Notes: generated by a model not told the origin, from the letters alone. 60,163 nucleotides of DNA from Gammaproteobacteria bacterium (GCA_035691665.1 DASSIS010000087.1:1-60163); one strand, 5' to 3'. Shown: positions 48,613 through 57,954, counted from the stretch's first letter. Numbers and translations are program-made.

Positions 48613-49761
48613 ATGCGTATGCGGATGCAGACGCATGAACACATAGACGACATAAGGGCCGGCGAGTGGAACGCCCTCGCCGGCGACGATCCCTTCCTGC
48701 GGCACGAGTTCCTGGCAGCCCTGGAGCATTCAGGCTCCGCTTGCCCCGACACCGGCTGGCAGCCGCTGCACCTCAGCTGCCGCGATGAGCAGGGCCGGCT
48801 CGTCGGCGCCCTGCCCCTCTATCTCAAATCCCATTCCTACGGCGAGTTCGTGTTCGACTGGGCCTGGGCGGATGCCTACCAGCGCCACGGCCTGCGTTAC
48901 TACCCGAAGCTCGTCTCCGCCGTGCCTTTCTCGCCCGTGGGTGGGCACCGGCTGCTGCTGGCTCCGGGGGTTCGGCGCAGCGAAACGGCGCGGCAGCTGA
49001 TCGACAAGGCACTTGAGCTCTCCAAGGAACTGCACGCCTCCTCCATCCACTGCCTGTTCCCCCTGGAAGAAGAGCTGCCGGACTGGAGCGCCGCCGGCTT
49101 CCTCACCCGCCGCGACTGCCAGTTCCACTGGCACGATCGGGGCTACCGGGACTTCGAGCATTTCCTGGAGGGCTTCACTGCCGACAAGCGCAAGAAGGTG
49201 CACCGGGAACGGCGCCGCATCGCCGAAGCCGGCATCTGCCTCGAGGCCGTCCGCGGCGGCGAGCTGGATGGACGCCTCATGGACGCGTTGTATCGCTTCT
49301 ATGTGGCTACCTATGAGAAGCGCGGGCGGCCGAGCTATCTCACCCGGGAGTTCTTCGAGGAACTCGCACGCAACATGCCGGACTCGCTGGTCACCTTCTT
49401 CGCCTTCCACGCCGGCACGCCTGTGGCGGCGGCCATCTGCCTTGAGGGCGGCGACACCCTCTACGGTCGCCACTGGGGCTCGGAGCAGGAGTTCCACAGC
49501 CTGCACTTCGAGACCTGCTATTACCAGGGCATCGAGCACTGCATCCGCACGGGCTTGAAGCACTTCAACCCCGGTACCCAGGGCGAGCACAAGATCAGCC
49601 GCGGCTTCGAGCCCGTCTATACCTGGTCGAGCCATTGGCTGGTGCGGCCGGAATTCCGGGCCGCCATTGACGAATACCTGCGGCGGGAACAGCATCAGAT
49701 AGACGCCTATTTCCACGAGACGGAGGCGCACCTGCCCTTCCATGCGTCCCGCGACCCCTAA
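48613..49761 (+). CDS. DUF482 / FemAB-like GNAT-fold protein
   Basis: 382 aa. N-terminus WNALAGDDPFLRHEFLAALEHSG and later HFETCYYQGIEHCI match my memory of the PF04339 family. Start may be a few codons downstream. Confidence 0.7.
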   Translation: MRMRMQTHEHIDDIRAGEWNALAGDDPFLRHEFLAALEHSGSACPDTGWQPLHLSCRDEQGRLVGALPLYLKSHSYGEFVFDWAWADAYQRHGLRYYPKLVSAVPFSPVGGHRLLLAPGVRRSETARQLIDKALELSKELHASSIHCLFPLEEELPDWSAAGFLTRRDCQFHWHDRGYRDFEHFLEGFTADKRKKVHRERRRIAEAGICLEAVRGGELDGRLMDALYRFYVATYEKRGRPSYLTREFFEELARNMPDSLVTFFAFHAGTPVAAAICLEGGDTLYGRHWGSEQEFHSLHFETCYYQGIEHCIRTGLKHFNPGTQGEHKISRGFEPVYTWSSHWLVRPEFRAAIDEYLRREQHQIDAYFHETEAHLPFHASRDP

Positions 49762-49776
49762 TATGTTGGCGCTGAC

Positions 49777-50502
49777 ATGCAACTGCCGCCGCTGCGCCTG
49801 ATACGGCCGAGGGATCCGCCGGAAGCCTTCCCGGATCCGCGCCATGCCCTGCAGGATCCGGACGGATTGCTGGCGGTGGGCGGCGACCTCACGCCGGCGC
49901 GGCTGCTGTACGCCTACCGCCATGGCATCTTCCCCTGGTACCACGCGGACCAACCCATCCTCTGGTGGTCGCCGGACCCGCGCGCCGTGCTCTTCCCCGC
50001 CGAGGTGCACGTGAGCCGCTCGCTCCACCGGCGCCTGGCCAAGGGTGGCTACGTCGCGACGCTGGACACCGCTTTCACCGAAGTGATGGAAGCCTGCGCC
50101 GGTCCGCGTCCCCAGCAGCCGGAGGGCGGCACCTGGATCTCGCCCGCCATGCAGGGGGCCTACGCGGAGCTGCACCGCCTGGGTCATGCCCATTCGGTGG
50201 AGATCCGGATGGAAGGTGAGCTGGCCGGCGGGCTCTACGGCATCGGTATCGGCAAGGTGTTCTTCGGTGAATCCATGTTCAGCCGCCGGACCGATGCCTC
50301 CAAGCTGGCGCTCGTGCACCTCGCCCGGCAGCTCCAGGCATGGGGCTACGCGCTCATCGACTGCCAGGTGCACTCGGAGCACCTGCGGAGCCTGGGCAGC
50401 CTGCGCCTCCCCCGCCCGGACTTCCTCGCGCTGCTGGCCGAGCACTGCGCCACCGAGGGGCATCGCTCCCCCTGGCGCTTCGATGCGCAGGGAGATGCCT
50501 GA
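49777..50502 (+). CDS. aat: leucyl/phenylalanyl-tRNA-protein transferase
   Basis: 241 aa. [29 protein letters not shown]. Confidence 0.9.
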   Translation: MQLPPLRLIRPRDPPEAFPDPRHALQDPDGLLAVGGDLTPARLLYAYRHGIFPWYHADQPILWWSPDPRAVLFPAEVHVSRSLHRRLAKGGYVATLDTAFTEVMEACAGPRPQQPEGGTWISPAMQGAYAELHRLGHAHSVEIRMEGELAGGLYGIGIGKVFFGESMFSRRTDASKLALVHLARQLQAWGYALIDCQVHSEHLRSLGSLRLPRPDFLALLAEHCATEGHRSPWRFDAQGDA

Positions 50503-51215
50503 TGTCCCGCGCCTCCACCGAATCCTTGAGCCTCTACATCACGCCGGAGCATCCCTGCGGCTACCTGCCGGAGCGCATGGCGCGCACCGTGTTCGTGGAT
50601 CCGGAGCTCGCCATGGACAGCCGGCTCTACAGCCTGCTGGCGGTGCACGGCTTCCGGCGTAACGGACCGAACGTGTACAAGCCCCACTGCGAAAACTGCC
50701 AGGCCTGCGTGCCGCTGCGGGTGGCGGTGGAGGAGTTCAGCCCCGACCGGGGCCTGCAGCGGGTGTGGAAGCGCAACCAGGACCTCGCGGTCCGGACACT
50801 GCCCGCCGAGAGCCGTCCCGAGCACTACGCCCTCTATAAGCGCTACCTCGCCTCCCGCCATGCGGGCGGCGGCATGGACGGTTCCGGTGAGGAGGAATAC
50901 GCCCATTTCCTCACCTGCCCCTGGGGACGCTCGCGCATGGTGGAGATGCGTGCCGGCGGCGCGCTGGTGGCGGTGGCGGTGATGGACGAGCTGGATGAGG
51001 CTTTGTCCGCGGTCTACACCTTCTATGAACCCGAGCTGCCCCGACGCAGCCTCGGCACCTATGCCGTGTTATGGCAGATAGCCGAGGCGCGGCGCCGCGG
51101 CCTCAAATGGCTGTATCTCGGCTATTGGATCGCGGCCAGCCGCAAGATGGCCTACAAGGACCGCTTCCGCCCCCACGAGACGCTGGGCCCCGGGGGCTGG
51201 GCGCGTGTTGAATAG
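50502..51215 (+). CDS. bpt: Ate1-family aminoacyl-tRNA-protein transferase Bpt
   Basis: ATG at 50502 overlaps the aat TGA (in frame with track ORF 50340..51215). [34 protein letters not shown]. Confidence 0.85.
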   Translation: MSRASTESLSLYITPEHPCGYLPERMARTVFVDPELAMDSRLYSLLAVHGFRRNGPNVYKPHCENCQACVPLRVAVEEFSPDRGLQRVWKRNQDLAVRTLPAESRPEHYALYKRYLASRHAGGGMDGSGEEEYAHFLTCPWGRSRMVEMRAGGALVAVAVMDELDEALSAVYTFYEPELPRRSLGTYAVLWQIAEARRRGLKWLYLGYWIAASRKMAYKDRFRPHETLGPGGWARVE

Positions 51216-51268
51216 CGGCCGGGATTACGGCAGAATCTGCGCGCCCGAAAGACACCCCTCAAGGGAAT

Positions 51269-51487
51269 ATGGCCAAAGAAGAAAGCATCCAGATGGAAGG
51301 CAAGGTCGTGGAGACCCTGCCCAATACCACGTTCCGGGTCGAACTCGACAACGGCCACGTGGTGCTCGCCCACATCTCCGGGCGTATGCGCAAGCATTAC
51401 ATCCGCATTCTTACCGGCGACAGAGTCACTGTTGAGTTGACGCCTTACGACCTTACTAAAGGTCGCATCGTTTTCCGCGGCAAATAA
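51269..51487 (+). CDS. infA: translation initiation factor IF-1
   Basis: 72 aa. Starts [30 protein letters not shown] and is essentially invariant IF-1 sequence. Confidence 0.97.
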   Translation: MAKEESIQMEGKVVETLPNTTFRVELDNGHVVLAHISGRMRKHYIRILTGDRVTVELTPYDLTKGRIVFRGK

Positions 51488-51521
51488 CCCATCTTTTAAC
51501 CATCCCTGGTGTCCCGGCCAG

Positions 51522-51593
51522 CTCCGCCATCCATGGCGGAGCGTTCGCCGCATGCGGCGACCCCCTAAGGGGCGCGCAGCGCATACGCTGCGC
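51522..51593. repeat. cluster of four adjacent GC-rich hairpins/palindromes
   Basis: ctccgccat-cc-atggcggag (51522-51541). Perfect 16-nt palindrome tcgccgcatgcggcga (51545-51560). cccc-ctaa-gggg (to 51572). gcgcagcg-cata-cgctgcgc (51574-51593). Confidence 0.55.
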
Positions 51594-51603
51594 CCGCGGA
51601 AAA

Positions 51604-51639
51604 TAAAAAAGATGCCGCCCACTGGGCGGCATCTTTTTC
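51604..51639. terminator. bidirectional rho-independent terminator between infA and clpA
   Basis: aaaaaa, stem gatgccgccc (51611-51620), loop actg, stem ggcggcatc, then ttttt. Confidence 0.75.
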
Positions 51640-51649
51640 GCTCATCCAA

Positions 51650-53938
51650 TCAATGTTCTTCTGAGTGTGCCGGCGCCGGCAGCTTCGGCGTGGCCGGCTC
51701 CGTGTGGATGTGGAACTCCCCGTCCATCACGCTCACGGACACCTTGCCGCCCTGGGCGAGCTTGCCGAACAAGAGCTCCTCCGCCAGGGGCCGCTTCAGC
51801 ACTTCCTGGATCACCCGCGCCATAGGCCGGGCGCCCATCTTGGGGTCGTAGCCGCGCACGGCCAGCAGCGTGCGAGCGGCCTCATCCACCGCCAGGCTCA
51901 CGCCTTTCTGCTCAAGCTGGTCCTCCAGCTCGATGACGAACTTGTCCACCACCCTCGCCACGGTGCGCTCATCCAGGTTGTTGAACGGGATGATCGCGTC
52001 GAGACGGTTGCGGAACTCGGGGCTGAACAGACGGCGGATCGCTTCCATGCCGTCCGGCGAGTGGTCCTGCTGGGTGAAGCCGATGGAGGCCCGCGCCATC
52101 TCCTGGGCGCCGGCGTTGGTGGTCATCACCAAGATCACATTGCGGAAATCCGCCTTGCGGCCGTTGTTGTCGGTCAGCACGCCATGGTCCATCACCTGCA
52201 ACAGCAGGTTGAAGACCTCGGGATGCGCCTTCTCGATCTCGTCCAGCAGCAGCACGCAGTGTGGATGCTTCAGGATGGCATCGGTGAGCAGGCCGCCCTG
52301 ATCGAAGCCTACGTAGCCCGGCGGCGCGCCGATGAGGCGCGAGACCGTGTGCCGCTCCATGTACTCGGACATGTCGAAGCGCAGGAACTCGATGCCCATG
52401 ATGAGCGCCAGCTGGCGCGTCACCTCGGTCTTGCCGACGCCGGTGGGTCCGGAGAACAGGAAGGAACCGATGGGTTTGCTCTCGTTGCCGAGCCCAGAGC
52501 GCGACATCTTGATGGCGGAACCCAAGGAGCCGATGGCCTTGTCCTGGCCGTAGATCACGAGCTTGAGGTCCCGCTCCAGGTTGCGCAGGCCCTCCTTGTC
52601 GGAGGCCGAGACGCTCTTCGGAGGGATGCGCGCGATCTTGGCCACGATCTCCTCGATGTCCTGCACCGTCACGGTGCGACGGCGCTTGGCGGAGGGTTTC
52701 AGGCGCATGTTGGCACCGGCCTCGTCGATCACGTCGATGGCCTTGTCAGGCAGGTGCCGGTCATTGATGAAACGCGCGGCGAGATCGGCCGCGGTCTCCA
52801 GCACCTTGTTGGGGTACTTCACCCCATGGTGCTCTTCGAACTTGTGGCGCAAGCCCTTCAGGATGCGCGCCGTCTCCTCCACCGTGGGTTCCGGCACGTC
52901 GATCTTCTGGAAACGGCGCGCCAGCGCCCGGTCCTTCTCGAAGATGCCGCGGTATTCCTGGTAAGTGGTCGAACCGATGCACTTGAGCCCGCCGTTCTGC
53001 AGCACCGGCTTGATGAGGTTGGAAGCGTCCATCACGCCGCCCGAGGCGGCACCGGCGCCGATCACGGTGTGGATCTCGTCGATGAACAGGATCGCGTCCG
53101 GATCCTTCTTGAGCTCGGCCATCACACCCTTGAGGCGCTTCTCGAAGTCGCCCCGGTACTTGGTGCCGGCGATGAGCGCGCCCATGTCGAGCGAATACAC
53201 GGTGGCGTCGCGCAGCACCTCGGGCACCTTGTCCTCGACGATGAGCAGCGCCAAGCCCTCGGCCAGCGCGGTCTTGCCGACACCGGCCTCGCCCACGAAC
53301 AGCGGGTTGTTCTTGCGGCGGCGGCACAGCACCTGGACGGTGCGCTCGATCTCGTGCTCGCGGCCGATGAGCGGGTCGATCCTGCCTTCCTTGGCGAGCT
53401 GGTTGAGGTTGCTGGCGTAGAGCTCGAGCGGGTTGCGCCCGGCCTTGCCGCCGCCCTCCTCATCCTCCTCTCCTGCCTCCTGGGAGACCTCCCGGCCCTC
53501 CTCGTCGTGCACCTTGGAGATGCCGTGGGAGATGTAGTTCACCACGTCGAGGCGGCTGACGCCGTGGCGACCCAGCAGATAGACCGCGTGGGACTCCTTC
53601 TCGCCGAAGATCGCCACCAGCACGTTGAGGCCGGTGACCTCTTTCTTGCCGGAGGACTGGATATGCAGCACCGCCCGCTGCAGCACCCGCTGGAAACCCA
53701 GGGTCGGCTGCACGTCGGCCTCCTCCGAATCGAGGCGCGGGGTGGATTCCTGCACATAGTCGCCGAGTTCGCGGCGCAGGTTCTCCACCTCGGCGCCGCA
53801 GGAGCGCAGCACCTCATTCACCTGGGGCAGGTCCAGGAGCGCGAGCAAGAGGTGCTCGACGGTGATGAACTCGTGGCGCTGGACGCGGGCCTCCTTGAAG
53901 GCCGCGTTCAGGCAGAATTCCAGCTCCTTGCTCAACAT
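51650..53938 (-). CDS. clpA: ATP-dependent Clp protease ATP-binding subunit ClpA
   Basis: 762 aa. Two AAA+ modules (GEAGVGKT, GPTGVGKT) and a ClpA-type N-domain. Confidence 0.95.
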   Translation of the reverse strand: MLSKELEFCLNAAFKEARVQRHEFITVEHLLLALLDLPQVNEVLRSCGAEVENLRRELGDYVQESTPRLDSEEADVQPTLGFQRVLQRAVLHIQSSGKKEVTGLNVLVAIFGEKESHAVYLLGRHGVSRLDVVNYISHGISKVHDEEGREVSQEAGEEDEEGGGKAGRNPLELYASNLNQLAKEGRIDPLIGREHEIERTVQVLCRRRKNNPLFVGEAGVGKTALAEGLALLIVEDKVPEVLRDATVYSLDMGALIAGTKYRGDFEKRLKGVMAELKKDPDAILFIDEIHTVIGAGAASGGVMDASNLIKPVLQNGGLKCIGSTTYQEYRGIFEKDRALARRFQKIDVPEPTVEETARILKGLRHKFEEHHGVKYPNKVLETAADLAARFINDRHLPDKAIDVIDEAGANMRLKPSAKRRRTVTVQDIEEIVAKIARIPPKSVSASDKEGLRNLERDLKLVIYGQDKAIGSLGSAIKMSRSGLGNESKPIGSFLFSGPTGVGKTEVTRQLALIMGIEFLRFDMSEYMERHTVSRLIGAPPGYVGFDQGGLLTDAILKHPHCVLLLDEIEKAHPEVFNLLLQVMDHGVLTDNNGRKADFRNVILVMTTNAGAQEMARASIGFTQQDHSPDGMEAIRRLFSPEFRNRLDAIIPFNNLDERTVARVVDKFVIELEDQLEQKGVSLAVDEAARTLLAVRGYDPKMGARPMARVIQEVLKRPLAEELLFGKLAQGGKVSVSVMDGEFHIHTEPATPKLPAPAHSEEH

Positions 53939-53941
53939 GGC

Positions 53942-54265
53942 TCAGGCCTCCTCCAGGGTGCACAGCAGCGGGTGCTGATGCTTGCGGGAATAGTCGTTGA
54001 CGAGCGCCGCCTTGGTCTCGGCGATCTCGTAGGGGAACACGCCGCACACGCCTTTGCCGCGGGTGTGCACGTGCAGCATGATCTGGGTCGCCTTGGAACG
54101 GTCCATATGGAAGAAGTTCTGCAGGATCTCCACCACGAACTCCATGGGGGTGTAATCGTCGTTTAACAAGACCACCTTGTAGAGAGGCGGCCGCTTGATG
54201 CGCGGCTTGGCCTCGTCCACCAGCAGGCCTTGCCGCTGCTCCTCGTCGCTACGCTCTTCGCTCAT
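53942..54265 (-). CDS. clpS: ClpS adaptor (N-degron recognin)
   Basis: 107 aa. [20 protein letters not shown]. Confidence 0.95.
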   Translation of the reverse strand: MSEERSDEEQRQGLLVDEAKPRIKRPPLYKVVLLNDDYTPMEFVVEILQNFFHMDRSKATQIMLHVHTRGKGVCGVFPYEIAETKAALVNDYSRKHQHPLLCTLEEA

Positions 54266-54394
54266 GGGTTAATTTTAGCCGAATTCGCCCGCACCGATGC
54301 CGTGCCGGCGTTGCGCCGGAAATACAGTCCTGTATGCCTTGAAAACGCCGGGCCGCGCCCCACAGCGAGTGGACGGACCGGGATTTGTAACGAC

Positions 54395-54439
54395 CTGTTT
54401 TGTCTTAAACGTAAACACCCCACCCCGACCCGCGCCGGG
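54395..54439 (-). pseudogene. 15-codon relic of a paralogous cyclase C-terminus
   Basis: Minus strand reads PGAGRGGVFTFKTKQ, against PGQGWDGVFTFKTK-stop at the end of the adjacent cyclase gene (54605-54649). In the last 8 codons there are 6 synonymous and 0 non-synonymous differences, and the stop TAG has become CAG. Confidence 0.5.
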
Positions 54440-54580
54440 GCGCAGCGCATGCGGTGCACGGCCGGCCAGGGGCGCGAAGCACGGCTTCACGCGGGCAGGC
54501 AGGATGCCTGCCCTGGACCGAACGCGAAGCAGGAAGCGCAGCGTAGGGCCGGGCTGGAAGGCACGCCAGGAAGGTGCCGA
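54440..54580. repeat. GC-rich hairpin cluster upstream of clpS
   Basis: Imperfect palindrome gcagcgcatgcggtgc. Hairpins gaagc-acg-gcttc (54476-54488), gggcaggca-gga-tgcctgccc (54493-54513) and ggcac-n9-gtgcc (about 54560-54578). Confidence 0.4.
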
Positions 54581-54604
54581 GGTATATGGCTGTTGTGACT
54601 GGAG

Positions 54605-56824
54605 CTATTTCGTTTTGAATGTAAATACGCCGTCCCAACCCTGACCTGGCGGATGGTTCTTGAAGTACGCCACCCGGTCCAGGTACATGCCGTAGAGCGG
54701 CCTTGCGGGGTTCGCCTGTTGCAGCGCGAAGAATTCTCGCTCGGCGCTGTCCCAATCCTGGTTACGGTAGACGCTGAGCGCCTGCTTATGTCGCGTGAGC
54801 AGGGACTTCAGGTTCTTGTCCGCGGCCTCGGCCCCGCCCAGCGGTTCATAGATGGCCACCGGCTTCTCCTTGCCTTTCACCCGCACCCGGTCGAGCTCGA
54901 GATAGGCGAAGTCCGGCGCCGCCGCGCGCGTCATCTCGCTGCAGATGATCGGCACCTTGTATTCCTTGGTGAGGCCTTCGAGTCGCGAGCTCAGGTTCAC
55001 GGCATCACCCATCACCGTGTAGGCACGGCGGAACTCGGAACCCATGTCGCCCACGCTCATCACGCCGGTGGTGATGCCGACGCCGATGCGCAGCTCCGGC
55101 CAACCCTTGGCCTTGAAAGCCTTGTTGAGCTCCGCCAGGGTCGCGGTCATCTTGAGGGCGCTCTCGACCGCGTACTTGGCGTGATCGGGGTAATGCAGCG
55201 GCGCGCCCCAGAAAGCCATGATGGCGTCGCCCATGTACTTGTCGATGGTGCCGCGGCTGTGGTGGATGACGCGGGTCATGGGCGTCAGGTACTCGTTCAT
55301 CAACAGGCTCAGGTCCTTGGGCTGCATGGCCTCGGAGATGCTGGTGAAGTCCCGCACGTCCGCGAACATCACCGTGAGCTCGCGGCTCTCGCTCTCCATG
55401 GAGGCGGTTTCCTTCCGGGTATCCATCTCCTCCACGAGTTCGGGCGGTATGTACTGGCTGAACATGCGCGACAAATGGCGCTTGCCGCGGGACTCGATGA
55501 GATAGCCGTACAGCAGGTGCGACACGTACAGGGCCAGCAGGAAGATCAGCGGCGGCGCCAGCGGGAACACCACGGCGGCGTACTTCCACAGCGCCAGGTT
55601 GCCGGCGCCGATCACGATGCCGGTGCCGAGCGTGACCAGGGCACCGGTGACCACCGACTGGCGCATCGCCACCCAGGTGATGAGCACCGCCACCAGCAAC
55701 AGCAGGATGGTCTCGGCGCCGTTGCGGTATTGCGGGTGGTCGTTCATCACCCGGCCGTCGAGCACGCCGGAGAGGAAGTTGGCGTGCACCTCCACGCCGG
55801 GATAGACGCTGCCCACCGGCGTGGTGCGCAGATCCTGCAGGCCGGGCGCGGTGGTGCCGATGTAGACCACGGTGCCCTTGAGCACGGCGGGATCGGCCAC
55901 GCCCTTGATGACGTCGGTGGCGGAGACGTAGGGGAAACTGCGCACCAGGCCGCGGTAAGGCACCAGGGCCTGCATCTGGTCGTTCACCGGGATCACGGCG
56001 TTGCCGACCACGATGTCCTCGAGATGGCCCATGTCCTGGCCGCCGCTGTCGAAGCCCAAGCTCACCGGCGCGTTGTTCTGCAGTACCTGCAGCACTGCGA
56101 GGTCCAGGGAACCGTAGGCGTCGCCGTTGTATTCCACGAGCTGGTCGGCCCAGCGGATGGAACCGTCGTCATCCACCGAGTTGGAGAAGAAGCCCTGCAG
56201 CGCCGCACCCTGGGCCAGCACCGGCAGGTTCGTGGTGTAGCCCACCTCCTTGGGGAAAGTCACCAGCGGATACTGGCCGTGTACGCCGGGGATGGCCGGC
56301 GGCGGCAGCAGCCCAACAGACAGGCTGTGGGCTTCGGTGGCGGAATAGAACACGTAACCCAAGACCACAGGACGGTGCTGCAGGCTTGCGGCGAAGATCT
56401 TGTCGCGCTCGATCTGCGGGCGGATCTTGCCGGCTTCGCTCACGAAGGCCGGATCGTTCTTGAGCGCACCGGACGAGAGCTGGTCGAGGAGCGAGAGATC
56501 GAAGCTCCGGTCCGCCTCCGGGAAGGAGACGTCGAAGGCCACCAGCTTCACATGGTAATGGTCGAAGAGCTGGTCCATGAGCGTCGCGAACTTGTCGCGC
56601 GGCAGGGGCCATTGCCCCTGCTCCTTCAGGGTCTTGTCGTCTATATCCACCACCGCGATGCGATGGTCCACCGTGCCGGGCATGGTTAGCCGGACGCGGG
56701 CGTCATAAGTGAAGCGTTCCAGCTGGTCCACCAGCCGTAAGGGGAGCGCACCGTGGATATATACGACGAAACACAGGAACAAGGCCGCGCTGATGGCGAT
56801 CCTGGTGAGGAGGCGTGCGCTCAA
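54605..56824 (-). CDS. CHASE2 sensor-domain class III adenylate/guanylate cyclase
   Basis: 739 aa with a TTG start. N-terminal TM, large periplasmic region, three TM helices, catalytic motifs LTVMFADVRDFTSISE and GDAIMAFWGAP, then a C-terminal helical tail. Confidence 0.9.
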   Translation of the reverse strand: MSARLLTRIAISAALFLCFVVYIHGALPLRLVDQLERFTYDARVRLTMPGTVDHRIAVVDIDDKTLKEQGQWPLPRDKFATLMDQLFDHYHVKLVAFDVSFPEADRSFDLSLLDQLSSGALKNDPAFVSEAGKIRPQIERDKIFAASLQHRPVVLGYVFYSATEAHSLSVGLLPPPAIPGVHGQYPLVTFPKEVGYTTNLPVLAQGAALQGFFSNSVDDDGSIRWADQLVEYNGDAYGSLDLAVLQVLQNNAPVSLGFDSGGQDMGHLEDIVVGNAVIPVNDQMQALVPYRGLVRSFPYVSATDVIKGVADPAVLKGTVVYIGTTAPGLQDLRTTPVGSVYPGVEVHANFLSGVLDGRVMNDHPQYRNGAETILLLLVAVLITWVAMRQSVVTGALVTLGTGIVIGAGNLALWKYAAVVFPLAPPLIFLLALYVSHLLYGYLIESRGKRHLSRMFSQYIPPELVEEMDTRKETASMESESRELTVMFADVRDFTSISEAMQPKDLSLLMNEYLTPMTRVIHHSRGTIDKYMGDAIMAFWGAPLHYPDHAKYAVESALKMTATLAELNKAFKAKGWPELRIGVGITTGVMSVGDMGSEFRRAYTVMGDAVNLSSRLEGLTKEYKVPIICSEMTRAAAPDFAYLELDRVRVKGKEKPVAIYEPLGGAEAADKNLKSLLTRHKQALSVYRNQDWDSAEREFFALQQANPARPLYGMYLDRVAYFKNHPPGQGWDGVFTFKTK

Positions 56825-56996
56825 GTGCTACCCCTGTAACACGTTTTTATGTCGCTTTAGTGTAGCCGAACGAGCCGATTAGGGAGTTCGCCCCTTGAGG
56901 GCCCACGGGGGGCACCGTTATCATGCTTTGGATAGGCTCCCGATGGGGACGGGGCCGGACCGGATCCACCGCCAGCGACACCTTAATTATTAGAAG

Positions 56997-57917
56997 ATGC
57001 AGACCTTGCCACTACGCACACCGGATATGGAAGCCATGCTGCGGCGCTGGGGGAGCGCCCTGCAGCACTCGGGCCCGACGCTCGCCGCCGTGGTGTTGAC
57101 CCTGCTCATCGCCTGGCTGCTGGCCGTGCTCACCTGGTCGTTCCTCCCCCGCCCCAAGGCGGCCGCAGGCCTGTCCGCCCCCGCCCCCGTCCTGAGCGCA
57201 CACCGCGTCGACGCCGGCCGGATCGCCGACCAGCATCTCTTCGGGACGGCCGCCGCCGGCGGCAACATCGGCAATGCACCCGATACCACCCTGGCGCTGA
57301 CCCTGCACGGCATCGTGGCCGGCAAGCGGGCCAGCGATTCACGTGCCCTCATCGTGGCCAACGGCGACGAAGAGCCTTACGCCATCGGCTCCACGGTCCC
57401 CAGCGGCGCGGTGATCCGCGCCATCTTCCCCGACCGGGTGATGCTCGACCGCGGCGGACAGATCGAAGCCCTGCGCCTGCCCAAGACCGATACCGGCGGC
57501 ACCGTGACCGCGGAACAACCGTTCCAGGGCCCTGGCGCCTCGCCGCCCGGCGCCCCGCCGCTGCCCCAGAACCTGGGCGAATTGCGCCAGGCCATCAGCC
57601 AGAACCCGCAGAAGCTCATGGACGTGATCCGCGCCATGCCCGTGCAGCAGGGCGGCAAGCTCACCGGCTACCGCATCTACCCCGCCGGCAACACTCCGGT
57701 GTTCGGGGAACTCGGTCTGCATCCCGGCGACGTGGTGACGGCGGTGAACGGCATCCCGCTCACGGATCCCGCCCAGAGCATGCGCATCCTCTCCACCATC
57801 AAGACCTCGGAGCAGATCAGCATCACCCTGCTGCGCAACGGCCAGCAGCAGACCCAGGTGCTGCAGATGCCTCCCCCATCGGGTCTGGGCGAGGGGACGG
57901 ATTCACAACAGGACTAA
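56997..57917 (+). CDS. gspC: type II secretion system protein C
   Basis: 306 aa. Single TM helix (LAAVVLTLLIAWLLAVLTW), HR-like region, C-terminal PDZ (GYRIYPAGNTPVFGELGLHPGDVVTAVNG). Directly upstream of gspD. Confidence 0.8.
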   Translation: MQTLPLRTPDMEAMLRRWGSALQHSGPTLAAVVLTLLIAWLLAVLTWSFLPRPKAAAGLSAPAPVLSAHRVDAGRIADQHLFGTAAAGGNIGNAPDTTLALTLHGIVAGKRASDSRALIVANGDEEPYAIGSTVPSGAVIRAIFPDRVMLDRGGQIEALRLPKTDTGGTVTAEQPFQGPGASPPGAPPLPQNLGELRQAISQNPQKLMDVIRAMPVQQGGKLTGYRIYPAGNTPVFGELGLHPGDVVTAVNGIPLTDPAQSMRILSTIKTSEQISITLLRNGQQQTQVLQMPPPSGLGEGTDSQQD

Positions 57918-57954
57918 GTGGCATCATGGACGCTATATATAATAAGGTGTGCGC

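Noticed and set aside
48730-50463. 577-aa minus-strand ORF.
   Set aside because: It is antisense to the DUF482 and aat genes and has an artefactual composition.
51665-54166. 833-aa plus-strand ORF.
   Set aside because: It is antisense to clpA and clpS, both of which are confidently identified.
54653-56689. 678-aa plus-strand ORF.
   Set aside because: It is antisense to the CHASE2 cyclase, which carries clear class III cyclase motifs.
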